In this document: piece by piece, positions 28,815 to 38,798 of the stretch
Layout of the letters: every line of letters begins with the position of its first letter
How positions within the stretch are numbered: position 1 is the stretch's first letter
From: an uncultured Pelagibacteraceae bacterium
GTDB lineage: Bacteria > Pseudomonadota > Alphaproteobacteria > Pelagibacterales > Pelagibacteraceae
Reading direction: 5' to 3'
DNA: 64,000 nt
Assembly: GCA_902605035.1 (NCBI GenBank)
Contig: CACLBB010000003.1
Coordinates: forward strand, 30,054 to 94,053
Notes under the pieces: generated by a model
What the model was told of the DNA's origin: nothing
What the model saw: the letters and a program-made list of their open reading frames with translations, nothing else
The model's database searches: none
Program-made: the position numbers and the translations under genes

Positions 28815-29377
28815 TAAAAATAGGTATCACAGGCTCAATATCTTCTGGCAAAACGACAGTTATAAAGCTAATTTCACATAGAAGGGGTCCAGTTTTTAGC
28901 GCAGATAAATGTGTTAAAAAACTATATAATGATAAAAAAGTTAAGGCAATTATAGCAAGAAAAATTTCATTACAGTCAACTTCTAATTTTAAATCAGAAA
29001 TAAAAAAGAAAATACTTTCTGAAAAAAAAGTTTTGAGGAAGTTAGAAATGATACTACATCCTTTAGTAAGAAGAAAAATGTATAGTTTTTTAAAAAAAAA
29101 TAAATCTAGTAAATTTACATTTTTTGAAATTCCCCTTTTAATTGAAAGTAATCTTATGAATGTATTTGATAAAATTATTTTTGTTAAATCACAACAAAAT
29201 TTAAGGCTTAAGAGGTATAAAAAAAATGGAGGAGATTTAAGATTGTTCAGAGTACTTGATGGCCATCAACTTAAGGACTATCAAAAAACTAAATATTGCG
29301 ATTATGTTCTTGTTAATAATAAATCTTTATCAGTTTTAAAAAAAAAAGTTTTACATATAATTAAAGATTATGAATGA
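28811..29377 (+). CDS. coaE: Dephospho-CoA kinase
   Basis: IGITGSISSGKTT, LEMILHPLV, EIPLLIE. Confidence 0.93.
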   Translation: MIKIGITGSISSGKTTVIKLISHRRGPVFSADKCVKKLYNDKKVKAIIARKISLQSTSNFKSEIKKKILSEKKVLRKLEMILHPLVRRKMYSFLKKNKSSKFTFFEIPLLIESNLMNVFDKIIFVKSQQNLRLKRYKKNGGDLRLFRVLDGHQLKDYQKTKYCDYVLVNNKSLSVLKKKVLHIIKDYE

Positions 29378-30035
29378 AATTTTTTTAGATACGGAAACAA
29401 CAGGGCTTTCGTACCAGGAAGGGCATAAAATTGTTGAAATTGCCTGTATAGAAACAAAAGATCTTATACCAACTAAGAAGGTTTTTCATAAACTTATAAA
29501 TCCAAAAAGAAATGTGCCTGACGAAGCTTTCAGGGTTCACGGGTTTTCCCAAGAATTTTTAAGTGACAAAGTTACTTTTGATCAAGTAGCCGATGAATTT
29601 TTGGATTTTATAAAAGATAAAAAAATTATAATACATAATTCAAGTTTCGATCTTAGTTTTTTAAATGGTGAATTGAATAATATAAATAAAGAAAATATTA
29701 ACAAAGATTTAGTAATAGACTCTTTGGAGGTTGCTAGAAATAAATTTCCAGGAACTTCAAATTCTCTAGATGCATTATGTAAAAGATTTAATATAGATTT
29801 ATCTCGAAGGACCAAACATAACGCGTTATTAGACTGTGAGCTTTTAAGAGAAGTCTACATAAATTTACTTGATGCAAAAGAGCCAAGATTTAATTTATCA
29901 TCTATTAATCATGATGAAGCAATGAAATCAGGTATAATAAAAAAATATAATAAAAACGTTTTAAAGATAACAGACAATGAAATAAAAAATCATAAAGAAT
30001 TTTTAAAATCTGAAATAAAAAAAAATTATTACTGA
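29370..30035 (+). CDS. dnaQ: DNA polymerase III epsilon subunit
   Basis: LDTETTG, HNSSFD, SLDALCKRF, HNALLD. Confidence 0.96.
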   Translation: MNEIFLDTETTGLSYQEGHKIVEIACIETKDLIPTKKVFHKLINPKRNVPDEAFRVHGFSQEFLSDKVTFDQVADEFLDFIKDKKIIIHNSSFDLSFLNGELNNINKENINKDLVIDSLEVARNKFPGTSNSLDALCKRFNIDLSRRTKHNALLDCELLREVYINLLDAKEPRFNLSSINHDEAMKSGIIKKYNKNVLKITDNEIKNHKEFLKSEIKKNYY

Positions 30036-30448
30036 GTCTTATTTAAATTATAAAGTTTTTCAAAATCTACTTGTTTACTTATTTTAATATCTTTGAAGCC
30101 TGAACTTTCAAATATAAATACAAATATCTTTCTTAACTCAGGGTATATATCTGTTGGAACTTTAATCAATATTACTTTTTCTATTTCATTTTTATCTGTT
30201 ATTTTTTTTTCCAATTCAATAACAGCCGAATAAATAATTTTTGTTTCAATATTTTCAAAATCATTTTTAGTAGGTGTTAATTTAAGAGTTGTTTGAACCT
30301 CAACAATTTTTTCATTTACTTGGTTACTTTTAATATCAAGATTTATTTTATAGTTTGAAATATTTTTTGATAATAAAAAAAAAGTTTTAGGATTTGGTAT
30401 ATTAAAATTTAAATCTTTAATATATCTACCTATTATTTTATAGCTCAT
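30029..30448 (-). CDS. secB: Protein export chaperone SecB (divergent)
   Basis: YIKDLNF.IPNP, VP..IYP..R, VDFEKLY; synteny dnaQ-secB-fxsA. Confidence 0.85.
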   Translation of the reverse strand: MSYKIIGRYIKDLNFNIPNPKTFFLLSKNISNYKINLDIKSNQVNEKIVEVQTTLKLTPTKNDFENIETKIIYSAVIELEKKITDKNEIEKVILIKVPTDIYPELRKIFVFIFESSGFKDIKISKQVDFEKLYNLNKTQ

Positions 30449-30851
30449 CTTTTTTGTCTTCTATTATTTCACCATCTAATGTTTTAGAGGACTCCTCTTT
30501 TTTAATATTTTGTTTTAGAAATAAACTAAATATTAACTTCCTTGTAATCGGAATTAGCAATAAAAACCCCAACAAATCAGTCATAAATCCGGGAATAATA
30601 AGAAGTAGAGCAGCAATAGCTATAGATGCTCCTGATATGATTTCATAAATTGGGTTTTTATTTTGATATAAGTTTATAACTCCAGATCTAATAGTTTTCA
30701 TTCCCTCCATTTTTGCAAAATATAGTCCTACTACAGCTGTTAAGAATATAAGAGAAATCGTATTTAAGGCCCCTATTTTTCCACCAATTTTAATCATAAG
30801 GAAAACTTCTACAGCAGGTATGCCTATAAATAAGAAAAAAAATGAGTTCAT
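30438..30851 (-). CDS. fxsA: FxsA family membrane protein
   Basis: P.VE..L.IKIG..IG, LLIIPGFMTDLLG, DGE motif. Confidence 0.92.
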   Translation of the reverse strand: MNSFFFLFIGIPAVEVFLMIKIGGKIGALNTISLIFLTAVVGLYFAKMEGMKTIRSGVINLYQNKNPIYEIISGASIAIAALLLIIPGFMTDLLGFLLLIPITRKLIFSLFLKQNIKKEESSKTLDGEIIEDKKDEL

Positions 30852-30877
30852 TTGTCTGATACAAAATTATATTATTA

Positions 30878-31498
30878 ATGTATATTTATCAAATAATGAG
30901 TAACAATTTTGGATATATAGATATAATTTTACTAGGAATGATCGCTGGATTTATTATCCTGCGTTTGAGAAGTATACTAGGAAGAAAAACTGGACACGAA
31001 TCAAAAATTTATCCTGGTTTTGCTGAGCAGAAATTTAACGTCCCTAAAAATAATATTAAACCATTTAAAGAAAATCATGACGTTTTAGAGGGAGATGAAA
31101 AAAAAGAGTTTTTGAAAGGTGCAGAAATTGCTTATGAAACAATTCTTACATCTTTTGCAAACGGAGATATTAAAAAATTAAATAGTTTACTTACGTCAGA
31201 TATGGCTAGTAATTTTGAACAAGCGATCCACACTAGAAATAAAGAAAGTGTTAAATCTGAATTTACGTTTGTTGGAATTAAAGAATCTAACGTTGAAAAA
31301 TATGAGAGAATAACAAACGATGTATTTGCGTCTGTAAAATTTGTTTCCGAAGTGATTTCTGTAAAAAAAGATAAAAACGATAAAATCATAGAGGGTAACC
31401 CCAATAAGATTAAGCAAGTTACAGACTACTGGAAATTTACAAGAAATATATTAAAAAAAGGTCCAAACTGGTATTTATCTGAAATTATTACCAAGTGA
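30878..31498 (+). CDS. Tim44/TimA family protein (true start may be ATG 30896)
   Basis: N-terminal TM with LRLRSILGRKTG, FLKGA..AYE.I...FANGD, D.WKF.R.....PNW. Confidence 0.9.
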   Translation: MYIYQIMSNNFGYIDIILLGMIAGFIILRLRSILGRKTGHESKIYPGFAEQKFNVPKNNIKPFKENHDVLEGDEKKEFLKGAEIAYETILTSFANGDIKKLNSLLTSDMASNFEQAIHTRNKESVKSEFTFVGIKESNVEKYERITNDVFASVKFVSEVISVKKDKNDKIIEGNPNKIKQVTDYWKFTRNILKKGPNWYLSEIITK

Positions 31499-31911
31499 TC
31501 AAAAAGAAAAAAAATTCTGAAAAAGATTTAAGTATCTGGAATAATTATATTAAAAATCCGACAGACATATTTGATAAAGAAAAAAATCAAAAAAAAAATA
31601 AAATCTTAGACAAGTTTAAGTATGATTTACATGGTCATACTCTTTTAGAAGCTAATGAAAAAGTAAAAGCAGTGATTTTATCCTGTGTTCAGAAGAACTA
31701 CAGGGAAATTTTATTTATAACTGGAAAAGGAATTCACTCTAATACAGATCAAGATGTTTATGTCTCAAAAGATTTTAGTAAGTTAAAATATTCTGTACCA
31801 GAATTTATTAAATCTGATAGAGAATTATCAAAATATATTTCTTCTGTTAAAGGCGCTGGAAATAATGATGGGGGAGAAGGAGCAATAATAGTTAAACTTA
31901 AACGTTTATAA
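31495..31911 (+). CDS. Smr/MutS2-domain endonuclease-like protein
   Basis: DLHG.TL.EA, FITGKG, GGEGA..V.L. Confidence 0.9.
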   Translation: MIKKKKNSEKDLSIWNNYIKNPTDIFDKEKNQKKNKILDKFKYDLHGHTLLEANEKVKAVILSCVQKNYREILFITGKGIHSNTDQDVYVSKDFSKLKYSVPEFIKSDRELSKYISSVKGAGNNDGGEGAIIVKLKRL

Positions 31912-33282
31912 AATAAATTTTGATAAGTCTGTATCTTTTACTAAATTGCCTAAATTATCATTAACATATTTTTTATCTATAGTTATAGTTTCACCTGCTC
32001 TGTCTGTAGCATTAAAACTAATATCATCTAGTACTTTTTCTATAATTGTATGCAATCTTCTAGCGCCAATGTTCTCAACAGAAGAATTTACCTCTGCCGA
32101 TATTTTGGCCAACATGTCAATGCCATCGTCTGTAAATTTTAGCTCTACATTTTCTGTTTTTAGTAATTCTTTATATTGTTTTATCAAGCTATTATCTGGT
32201 TCTTTTAAGATTCTTTTGAAATCTTCTTCATTCAAAGCATTTAACTCAACCCTGATTGGCAACCTTCCTTGTAACTCAGGTAGTAAATCTGAAGGTTTAG
32301 CTAATTGAAATGCACCTGATGCTATGAAAAGGACATGGTCAGTTTTAATTGGACCGTGTTTCGTGCTTACAGTTGTTCCCTCTATCAGTGGTAACAAATC
32401 TCTTTGAACACCTTCTCTTGAAACATCTCCACCTACTCTATCACTTCTAGCAGAAACTTTATCTATTTCATCTAAAAAAACTATACCATTTTCTTCTGTA
32501 GCCTTTTTAGCTTCTTTGATGATTTTATCTTCTTCGATCATTTTATCTGACTCTTGAGCAACTAAAATGTCATGAGACTCTTTTACAGTCATCTTCTTCT
32601 TTTTACCTTTTTTATTGCCCATAGACTTACCAAGGATATCACCTAGATTAACCATTCCAACATTTCCTCCTGGCATACCAGGTATTTCAAAGCTCTGAAG
32701 TCCTGATGATTTGTCTTGGACTTCTATTTCTATTTCGTTATTGTCAAGATCACCATTTCGTAATCTCTTTCTAAAACTCTCTTTTGTAGCCACGCTAGCT
32801 TTATTACCTACTAAAGCGTCTAAAACTTTATCTTCGGCTTTAAGTTCAGCTTTAGCTTTGACTTCTCTTCTTTTTTTCTCTCTTTCCATAGCAATTGCGA
32901 TTTCGATTAAATCTCTCATTATTTGTTCTACATCTCTTCCAACATAACCAACCTCTGTAAATCTAGTAGCTTCAACTTTTATAAATGGAGCTTCTGCTAA
33001 TCTTGATAATCTTCTTGATATTTCAGTTTTCCCAACTCCAGTAGGACCAATCATTAAAATGTTTTTAGGAAGCACCTCGTCCCTCATTTCATCTGAAAGA
33101 GCCTGTCTTCTCCATCTATTTCTTAAAGCAACTGCAACTGCTTTTTTAGCCTCTTTTTGTCCAATAACGTATCTATCTAGTTCAGAGACAATTTCTCTTG
33201 GCGATAAAGCACTTACTTTAGAATCTTTCTTTTTGACATTTTTAACAAGATTTAAATTTGTAATATTTTTTGAAGTAGCCAT
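31906..33282 (-). CDS. hslU: ATP-dependent protease ATPase subunit HslU
   Basis: [34 protein letters not shown]. Confidence 0.98.
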   Translation of the reverse strand: MATSKNITNLNLVKNVKKKDSKVSALSPREIVSELDRYVIGQKEAKKAVAVALRNRWRRQALSDEMRDEVLPKNILMIGPTGVGKTEISRRLSRLAEAPFIKVEATRFTEVGYVGRDVEQIMRDLIEIAIAMEREKKRREVKAKAELKAEDKVLDALVGNKASVATKESFRKRLRNGDLDNNEIEIEVQDKSSGLQSFEIPGMPGGNVGMVNLGDILGKSMGNKKGKKKKMTVKESHDILVAQESDKMIEEDKIIKEAKKATEENGIVFLDEIDKVSARSDRVGGDVSREGVQRDLLPLIEGTTVSTKHGPIKTDHVLFIASGAFQLAKPSDLLPELQGRLPIRVELNALNEEDFKRILKEPDNSLIKQYKELLKTENVELKFTDDGIDMLAKISAEVNSSVENIGARRLHTIIEKVLDDISFNATDRAGETITIDKKYVNDNLGNLVKDTDLSKFIL

Positions 33283-33284
33283 AA

Positions 33285-33824
33285 TTAAATTTTCTCAACT
33301 GTAATATTGTTATTTGTGAAAACACATATATCCGAAGCAACTTTAATTGCTTTTCTTGCGATTTCTTCTGCTTTAAGGTCAGTTTCAATAAGCACTTTAG
33401 CAGCTGCAAGTGCGTAATTACCGCCTGAACCGATTCCTATGATGCCATCCTCAGGTTCTAGAACATCTCCAGTTCCAGAAATAATAAAACTATGTTTATT
33501 ATCAGCTACTGCCATCAAAGCTTCTAACCTTCTTAAAAATTTATCACTTCTCCAATCTTTTGCTAATTCTACAGCAGCTCTTTGCAGGTTACCTGCGTGC
33601 TTTTCAAGTTTTGCCTCAAGTCTTTCAAATAGTGTTAGTGCGTCCGCAGTAGATCCCGCAAAACCTGCAATAACCCCTCTATTTTGAATTTTGCGTACTT
33701 TTTTTGCTTTACTTTTTAAAACTGTATTTCCTAGGCTTACTTGTCCATCACCCGCAACAATAGTTTCTCCGTTTTTTCTGAGCAAGACAATGGTAGTGCC
33801 GTGCCATTTTTCAGCTGTATTCAT
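33285..33824 (-). CDS. hslV: ATP-dependent protease peptidase subunit HslV
   Basis: [29 protein letters not shown]. Confidence 0.98.
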   Translation of the reverse strand: MNTAEKWHGTTIVLLRKNGETIVAGDGQVSLGNTVLKSKAKKVRKIQNRGVIAGFAGSTADALTLFERLEAKLEKHAGNLQRAAVELAKDWRSDKFLRRLEALMAVADNKHSFIISGTGDVLEPEDGIIGIGSGGNYALAAAKVLIETDLKAEEIARKAIKVASDICVFTNNNITVEKI

Positions 33825-33918
33825 GTTATTATATGTGGAGATTAATTTTGAATCTTCAATAGTGATTTATTGATAAAATGCCCATTTAAATATATATCAA
33901 TGATAATTTACTTAGTTT

Positions 33919-34509
33919 ATGAAAAGAAAAGCAAAAATTATTAGAAAAACAAAAGAAACCAACATTTCTGTCACAGTCAATTTAGACGGCAAAGGTAAAT
34001 ATAAGATAAAAACTGGAATAGGTTTTTTAGATCATATGTTAGAGCAACTATCAAAACATTCTTTGATAGATATAGAAGTTAAAGCTAAAGGTGATACTCA
34101 TATTGATTTACATCACACCACAGAAGATACAGGCATAGCTATAGGAGAAGCTATTAAAAAAGCTGCTGGCAACCGAAAAGGAATTACAAGATATGCCTCT
34201 ACCATGATACCAATGGATGAAACATTAAGTCGTGTTTCCATTGATGTGTCAAATAGACCTTACTTAATTTGGAAAGTGGATTTAGCTGTTGAAAAATTGG
34301 GTGAAATGGATACTGAACTTTTTAAAGAGTGGTTCCAAGCATTTTCACAATCAGCAGGAGTTACTTTACATATTGAGAATATTTACGGTGACAATAGTCA
34401 CCACAAAGTTGAGTCTTGTTATAAGGGATTAGCTAGATCACTAAAGGATGCTTTAGCAATAGATAAAAGAATTAAGAACTCAATACCTTCGACAAAAGGC
34501 TCTATTTAA
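33919..34509 (+). CDS. hisB: Imidazoleglycerol-phosphate dehydratase
   Basis: [32 protein letters not shown]. Confidence 0.97.
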   Translation: MKRKAKIIRKTKETNISVTVNLDGKGKYKIKTGIGFLDHMLEQLSKHSLIDIEVKAKGDTHIDLHHTTEDTGIAIGEAIKKAAGNRKGITRYASTMIPMDETLSRVSIDVSNRPYLIWKVDLAVEKLGEMDTELFKEWFQAFSQSAGVTLHIENIYGDNSHHKVESCYKGLARSLKDALAIDKRIKNSIPSTKGSI

Positions 34510-34511
34510 AT

Positions 34512-35141
34512 TTGATGAACGTCACAATTGTTGACTACCAATCGGGCAATATAAGCTCAGTTATTAACTCTTTCACAGAGGTTGCTAAAGATAAAGTAAA
34601 TTTAGAGGTAACTTTTGATATCAAGAAAATTAAGTCCAGTGATAAGATAGTTTTACCTGGTCAAGGCTCATTCAAGAGCTGTGTGGATTCTTTAAACAAA
34701 ATCGACGGATTAGTTGATACCCTAAAAGAATTTGCAATTACAAACAAGAAACCTTTATTAGGAATTTGTGTTGGTTTGCAAATGTTTGCTAACATCGGTT
34801 ATGAAGAAGCAGAAACTAAAGGGCTAGGTTGGATTTCTGGCAAAGTTTCTAAAATTGATAATCAAAAAGGAAAATTTAAACTTCCACACATTGGATGGAA
34901 CGAAATTGAAATTCAAAAAGAAAGTAAGATATTTAAAGATATAAAAAATAAATCTCATATGTATTTCGTGCATAGTTATGAGTTTATTCCTGAGGATAAA
35001 TCAATTATTTCAGCTACAACAGACTATTCATCAAAAATCGTATGTGCCGTTGAGAAAGAAAATTTGTTTGGAACACAATTTCACCCAGAGAAGAGTGATA
35101 AAACTGGATTAAAAATAATTGATAACTTTTTAAAATTATAA
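34512..35141 (+). CDS. hisH: Imidazole glycerol phosphate synthase amidotransferase subunit
   Basis: LPGQG, GICVGLQ, PHIGWN, YFVHSY, QFHPEKS. Confidence 0.97.
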   Translation: MMNVTIVDYQSGNISSVINSFTEVAKDKVNLEVTFDIKKIKSSDKIVLPGQGSFKSCVDSLNKIDGLVDTLKEFAITNKKPLLGICVGLQMFANIGYEEAETKGLGWISGKVSKIDNQKGKFKLPHIGWNEIEIQKESKIFKDIKNKSHMYFVHSYEFIPEDKSIISATTDYSSKIVCAVEKENLFGTQFHPEKSDKTGLKIIDNFLKL

Positions 35142-35863
35142 TGAAAATTTTTCCAGCGATAGACATAAAAGATAAAAAATGTGTGAGGTTAATCAAAGGA
35201 GACTTTGATAACAAAACTGAGTACGAAACCTCACCAGTTGATCAAGCAGCAAAATATAAAGATCATGGCTTTAAAAACTTGCACATTGTTGATCTGGATG
35301 GAGCTTTAACGGGCAAAACAGTCAATTTAGATATTATTAAAGAAATAGTAAGTAAATATGATTTAAAAATTGAGATAGGCGGCGGAGTAAGAAACGTAGA
35401 AAGCATTAAAAAATATATCGATGCTGGAGTAGAGAAAGTAATTTTGGGTAGTGGCGCGATTAAAAATAAAGAATTTTTAAAACAAGCCTGTGAAGAGTTT
35501 AAAAATCAAATTGCGTTAGGATTAGACGCAAAAGATGGAAATCTTTCAGTGTCAGGCTGGAAGGAAAATTTAGATATTAAAACTACAAATTTTTTAAAAG
35601 AAATAAATGATTTTGGTGTTAGTAGAATCGTTTTTACAGATATCAATAGAGATGGGATGAAAACTAGTCCTAACTATGAAGAGACAATTAAAATTGCTGA
35701 AATTTCTAATTGTCCAGTCGTCATTTCAGGTGGAGTTTCTTCACTAAAAGATATTAAAAAAGCAAAAGAATTAAATAATAAAAAAATTGAAGGTATTATT
35801 GTTGGTAAAGCTATATATGATGGCGATATTAAGCTTGATGAGTTGGTAAAAGAGATAGATTAA
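35141..35863 (+). CDS. hisA: ProFAR isomerase
   Basis: IFPAIDI...CVRL.KG, LHIVDLDGA, GGGVR, TDINRDG. Confidence 0.97.
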   Translation: MKIFPAIDIKDKKCVRLIKGDFDNKTEYETSPVDQAAKYKDHGFKNLHIVDLDGALTGKTVNLDIIKEIVSKYDLKIEIGGGVRNVESIKKYIDAGVEKVILGSGAIKNKEFLKQACEEFKNQIALGLDAKDGNLSVSGWKENLDIKTTNFLKEINDFGVSRIVFTDINRDGMKTSPNYEETIKIAEISNCPVVISGGVSSLKDIKKAKELNNKKIEGIIVGKAIYDGDIKLDELVKEID

Positions 35864-35864
35864 A

Positions 35865-36002
35865 ATGGTTGCAAAATTATCTACGATTAGACGTAAAATA
35901 AGAAATGGACAAAAACTTGGTTTTTCAGAAAGAGCTAGAGCAGTAAACAAAGGATTGTTACCGAGTAAAGCAAAAAAAAAGAAAAAAAATGTTGAAAAAT
36001 AG
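35865..36002 (+). CDS. Small basic protein (45 aa), not in ORF track
   Basis: [45 protein letters not shown]; starts 1 nt after the hisA stop and overlaps the hisF start, filling the gap exactly. Confidence 0.65.
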   Translation: MVAKLSTIRRKIRNGQKLGFSERARAVNKGLLPSKAKKKKKNVEK

Positions 36003-36747
36003 AATTATACCTTGTCTTGATGTTAAAAATGGAAGAGTTGTTAAGGGTATTAACTTTGTTGAATTAAAAGATGCTGGAGATCCAGTAGAGCAAGCTAAGA
36101 TTTATAGTGATGGTGGTGCTGATGAGATTTGTTTTTTAGATATCACTGCATCAAATGAAAATAGAGATACAATCATTGATATTGTAAGGAAAACTGCAAA
36201 AGAATGCTTTGTTCCTTTAACAGTTGGAGGTGGGGTAAGAACTATTCAAAATATCACTGATTTATTACTAGCCGGTGCAGATAAAGTGTCTATTAATACT
36301 TCTGCAGTAAATAATATCGATTTTGTGAAAGAGGCTTCAAAAAAATTTGGATCTCAATGCATTGTTGTTGCGATTGACGCAAAAAAAGTTTCAAAAAACA
36401 AATGGGAAGTATTCACACACGGTGGAAGAAATAAGACAGGTATTGACGCTGTAGAGTTTGCAAAACAAGTAGAGACCAATGGAGCTGGCGAAATTTTATT
36501 AACTTCAATGGATAAAGATGGAACTAAATCTGGTTATGACGTTAATTTATTAAAAACAATTACGAATAGTACCAATATTCCTGTAATAGCGTCTGGTGGA
36601 GTTGGAACACTTGATCATTTATATGATGGTATAGTTAAAGGTGGGGCAAGCGCCGTTTTAGCAGCTTCTATTTTTCACTATGGTGAATACAAAATTAAAG
36701 ATGCTAAAGAATATTTGAATTCTAAAAATGTATCTGTAAGGTTATAA
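35989..36747 (+). CDS. hisF: Imidazole glycerol phosphate synthase cyclase subunit
   Basis: [39 protein letters not shown]. Confidence 0.98.
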   Translation: MLKNRIIPCLDVKNGRVVKGINFVELKDAGDPVEQAKIYSDGGADEICFLDITASNENRDTIIDIVRKTAKECFVPLTVGGGVRTIQNITDLLLAGADKVSINTSAVNNIDFVKEASKKFGSQCIVVAIDAKKVSKNKWEVFTHGGRNKTGIDAVEFAKQVETNGAGEILLTSMDKDGTKSGYDVNLLKTITNSTNIPVIASGGVGTLDHLYDGIVKGGASAVLAASIFHYGEYKIKDAKEYLNSKNVSVRL

Positions 36748-36748
36748 A

Positions 36749-37021
36749 ATGTTTGAAAACTTAGAACAATTAATAAAAACAATCAGAAATAGAAAAAATT
36801 CTTCTCCTGATAAATCCTATACAAACAAACTTCTTAACGACAAAAACCTTAACGTTTCAAAAGTAAAAGAAGAAATAGGTGAATTAATTGAGTCTGTGGA
36901 AAAAAATTCAAATAAAATTCACGAAGCTGCTGATGTGATTTATCATTTGATGGTATATCTAGAGGCAAACGATATAAAAATTGAAGATGTAATGAAAGAA
37001 CTAGATAATAGAAAAAAGTAG
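36749..37021 (+). CDS. hisE: Phosphoribosyl-ATP pyrophosphatase
   Basis: SYT.KLL, KVKEE..E, EAADVIYHL.V. Confidence 0.92.
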   Translation: MFENLEQLIKTIRNRKNSSPDKSYTNKLLNDKNLNVSKVKEEIGELIESVEKNSNKIHEAADVIYHLMVYLEANDIKIEDVMKELDNRKK

Positions 37022-37028
37022 TATTTGA

Positions 37029-37373
37029 ATGAGTAAAGTTAAATTTTTGTTTATTCTTATTGGAATTTTTGTATTCTACAAAGGATATACAGCGTTTAGA
37101 GATTTTGAAATTGGAGTTGGAAATAGAGCTGTAGATATAAAAGTAAAATCTGGTGGAGATTTAGAAGGGGAAGTAATTGCGCTAATGATGTATTTTGGAG
37201 AGCCATTAAAGCTAAAAGAACACTTATACACTACATCTAGAACTGAGTGTTTAAATTTAAAAGAAAATGCTGAGATTAGCTCATCGGCATTTTATAAGTG
37301 TTCAAGAGTAAACGCTAAAATTATAGAAGGTAAAATTGTTGAAGTAATTGAAGAATTAGAGGTTATCCAATGA
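37029..37373 (+). CDS. Hypothetical membrane-anchored protein
   Basis: N-terminal TM/signal, two Cys, tightly packed in the operon. Confidence 0.65.
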   Translation: MSKVKFLFILIGIFVFYKGYTAFRDFEIGVGNRAVDIKVKSGGDLEGEVIALMMYFGEPLKLKEHLYTTSRTECLNLKENAEISSSAFYKCSRVNAKIIEGKIVEVIEELEVIQ

Positions 37374-37726
37374 CCTACGATAAGAACAATATATTTGCAA
37401 AAATCCTTAGAGGAGAAATCCCTTGTAAAAAAGTTTATGAAAATGATCACGTCTTAGCTTTTCATGATATTAATCCTCAAAAAAAAGTTCATGTTTTAGT
37501 TATACCAAAAGGAGAATACGTAGATCTTGATGATTTTAATATTAGAGCATCGGACAAAGAAATTATAGAAGTTAGTAAAGCAGTTACGCACGTTGCTAAA
37601 TTAATGGGTGCAAAAGATAAAGGTTATCGAGCTCTAACCAATATTGGTACTGATGGAGGCCAAGAAGTTCCCCACTTACATTTTCATATTTTTGCAGGTG
37701 AAAACATTGGAAAGATGGTCAGCTAA
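37370..37726 (+). CDS. hinT: Histidine triad (HIT) nucleotide-binding protein
   Basis: NIFAKILRGEIP, GQEVPHLHFHI. Confidence 0.93.
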   Translation: MTYDKNNIFAKILRGEIPCKKVYENDHVLAFHDINPQKKVHVLVIPKGEYVDLDDFNIRASDKEIIEVSKAVTHVAKLMGAKDKGYRALTNIGTDGGQEVPHLHFHIFAGENIGKMVS

Positions 37727-38232
37727 TGGTTTCAAGGGTAAAAAGACATTTTTTAGAAATTAAAGATTTTTCAAAAACAATTGATTTAAATCTTCCTGAA
37801 AATTTTCAAATTACTTTAGATGATAAAAATAATTTTTATTTAAATAAATTTTTTTATAAACAAATAGGAGTAGATCATTATTGGAGAGATAGATTATTAT
37901 GGTCTGATAGTGATTGGGTAAAATATGTTTCAAACAAAAATTTAGAGACACATATTCTTAGAAAAGAAGAAGATCTTGTTGGATACTATGAGCAAGAATA
38001 TCACCCAGAGTCTAACGAAGTAGAGTTAATTAATTTAGGAGTGTTAAAAGAATTTAGAGGGTTAAAGCTTGGATCTACACTCGTTAGCCATGCTATAGCA
38101 AGTGCATCAAGAAAGAGTCCAGAAAGAATTTGGGTTCATACTTGCAGCTTAGATCATAAACACGCTTTGAAAAATTATAAATCTAAAGGATTCGAAATTT
38201 TTAAAGAAGAAGAAATAGATTTTGTAGCTTAA
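37726..38232 (+). CDS. GNAT family N-acetyltransferase
   Basis: FRGLKLGS motif A, RIWVHTCSLDH..A..NY...GF. Confidence 0.9.
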   Translation: MVSRVKRHFLEIKDFSKTIDLNLPENFQITLDDKNNFYLNKFFYKQIGVDHYWRDRLLWSDSDWVKYVSNKNLETHILRKEEDLVGYYEQEYHPESNEVELINLGVLKEFRGLKLGSTLVSHAIASASRKSPERIWVHTCSLDHKHALKNYKSKGFEIFKEEEIDFVA

Positions 38233-38798
38233 TTAATTTCAGGAATTTTAAAAGTACCTTTTTCAAAAATATCATTTTTAGCAACAATGTTTAAGGAGAA
38301 ATCAATTGTGTTGTTGTACTGATCAACAATTTTCCATCCTTTCAAGTCTAGACTTCTTCTATCAAAAAAAATTATTATTTCATTATCATCTAGATAAACA
38401 AGTTTAATAACCTGATCTGTTAATTTTAATTTTCCAAATTGTATCATTTCTAAAAGTTTATCTTTATACAAAATATTTAAAAATGGAGATTTTGAAATTG
38501 GATAGTGATAAGTCTTCTTATATCTTTTTTGTGTAATTGCTAACCTCTTATTATTGATAACTAGCTCCTTTTCATAATTATCAAAGTAATTACATTTTAA
38601 TTTTCCTGGAAATTTTAAAAGACAACTACCTTTTTCGGTTTTCCCATTTATTAATTGATTAAAAGTAAATTCTAAAGAATCTAATTTGCTTATTTGATCA
38701 ATTATTTGATCCTTTTCACTAGCTAACAGATTTATTGATAAAAAAGTATAGAACAAAATTAAGGTTATTTTTTTAAAGAACTTCACGTTTACCAACAT
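38229..38798 (-). CDS. lolA: Outer-membrane lipoprotein carrier LolA family
   Basis: F.Q....G...L..PGK....Y, YPISKSPF..IL, L.GW...DQY; downstream of ftsK. Start moved from track's 38867 to ATG 38798. Confidence 0.82.
   Translation of the reverse strand: MLVNVKFFKKITLILFYTFLSINLLASEKDQIIDQISKLDSLEFTFNQLINGKTEKGSCLLKFPGKLKCNYFDNYEKELVINNKRLAITQKRYKKTYHYPISKSPFLNILYKDKLLEMIQFGKLKLTDQVIKLVYLDDNEIIIFFDRRSLDLKGWKIVDQYNNTIDFSLNIVAKNDIFEKGTFKIPEIN

Noticed and set aside
33831-33860. RpoH-like promoter upstream of hslV (ATTG-N18-CCACATAT)
   Set aside because: Plausible biologically, but the match and spacing are too weak to call from sequence alone.
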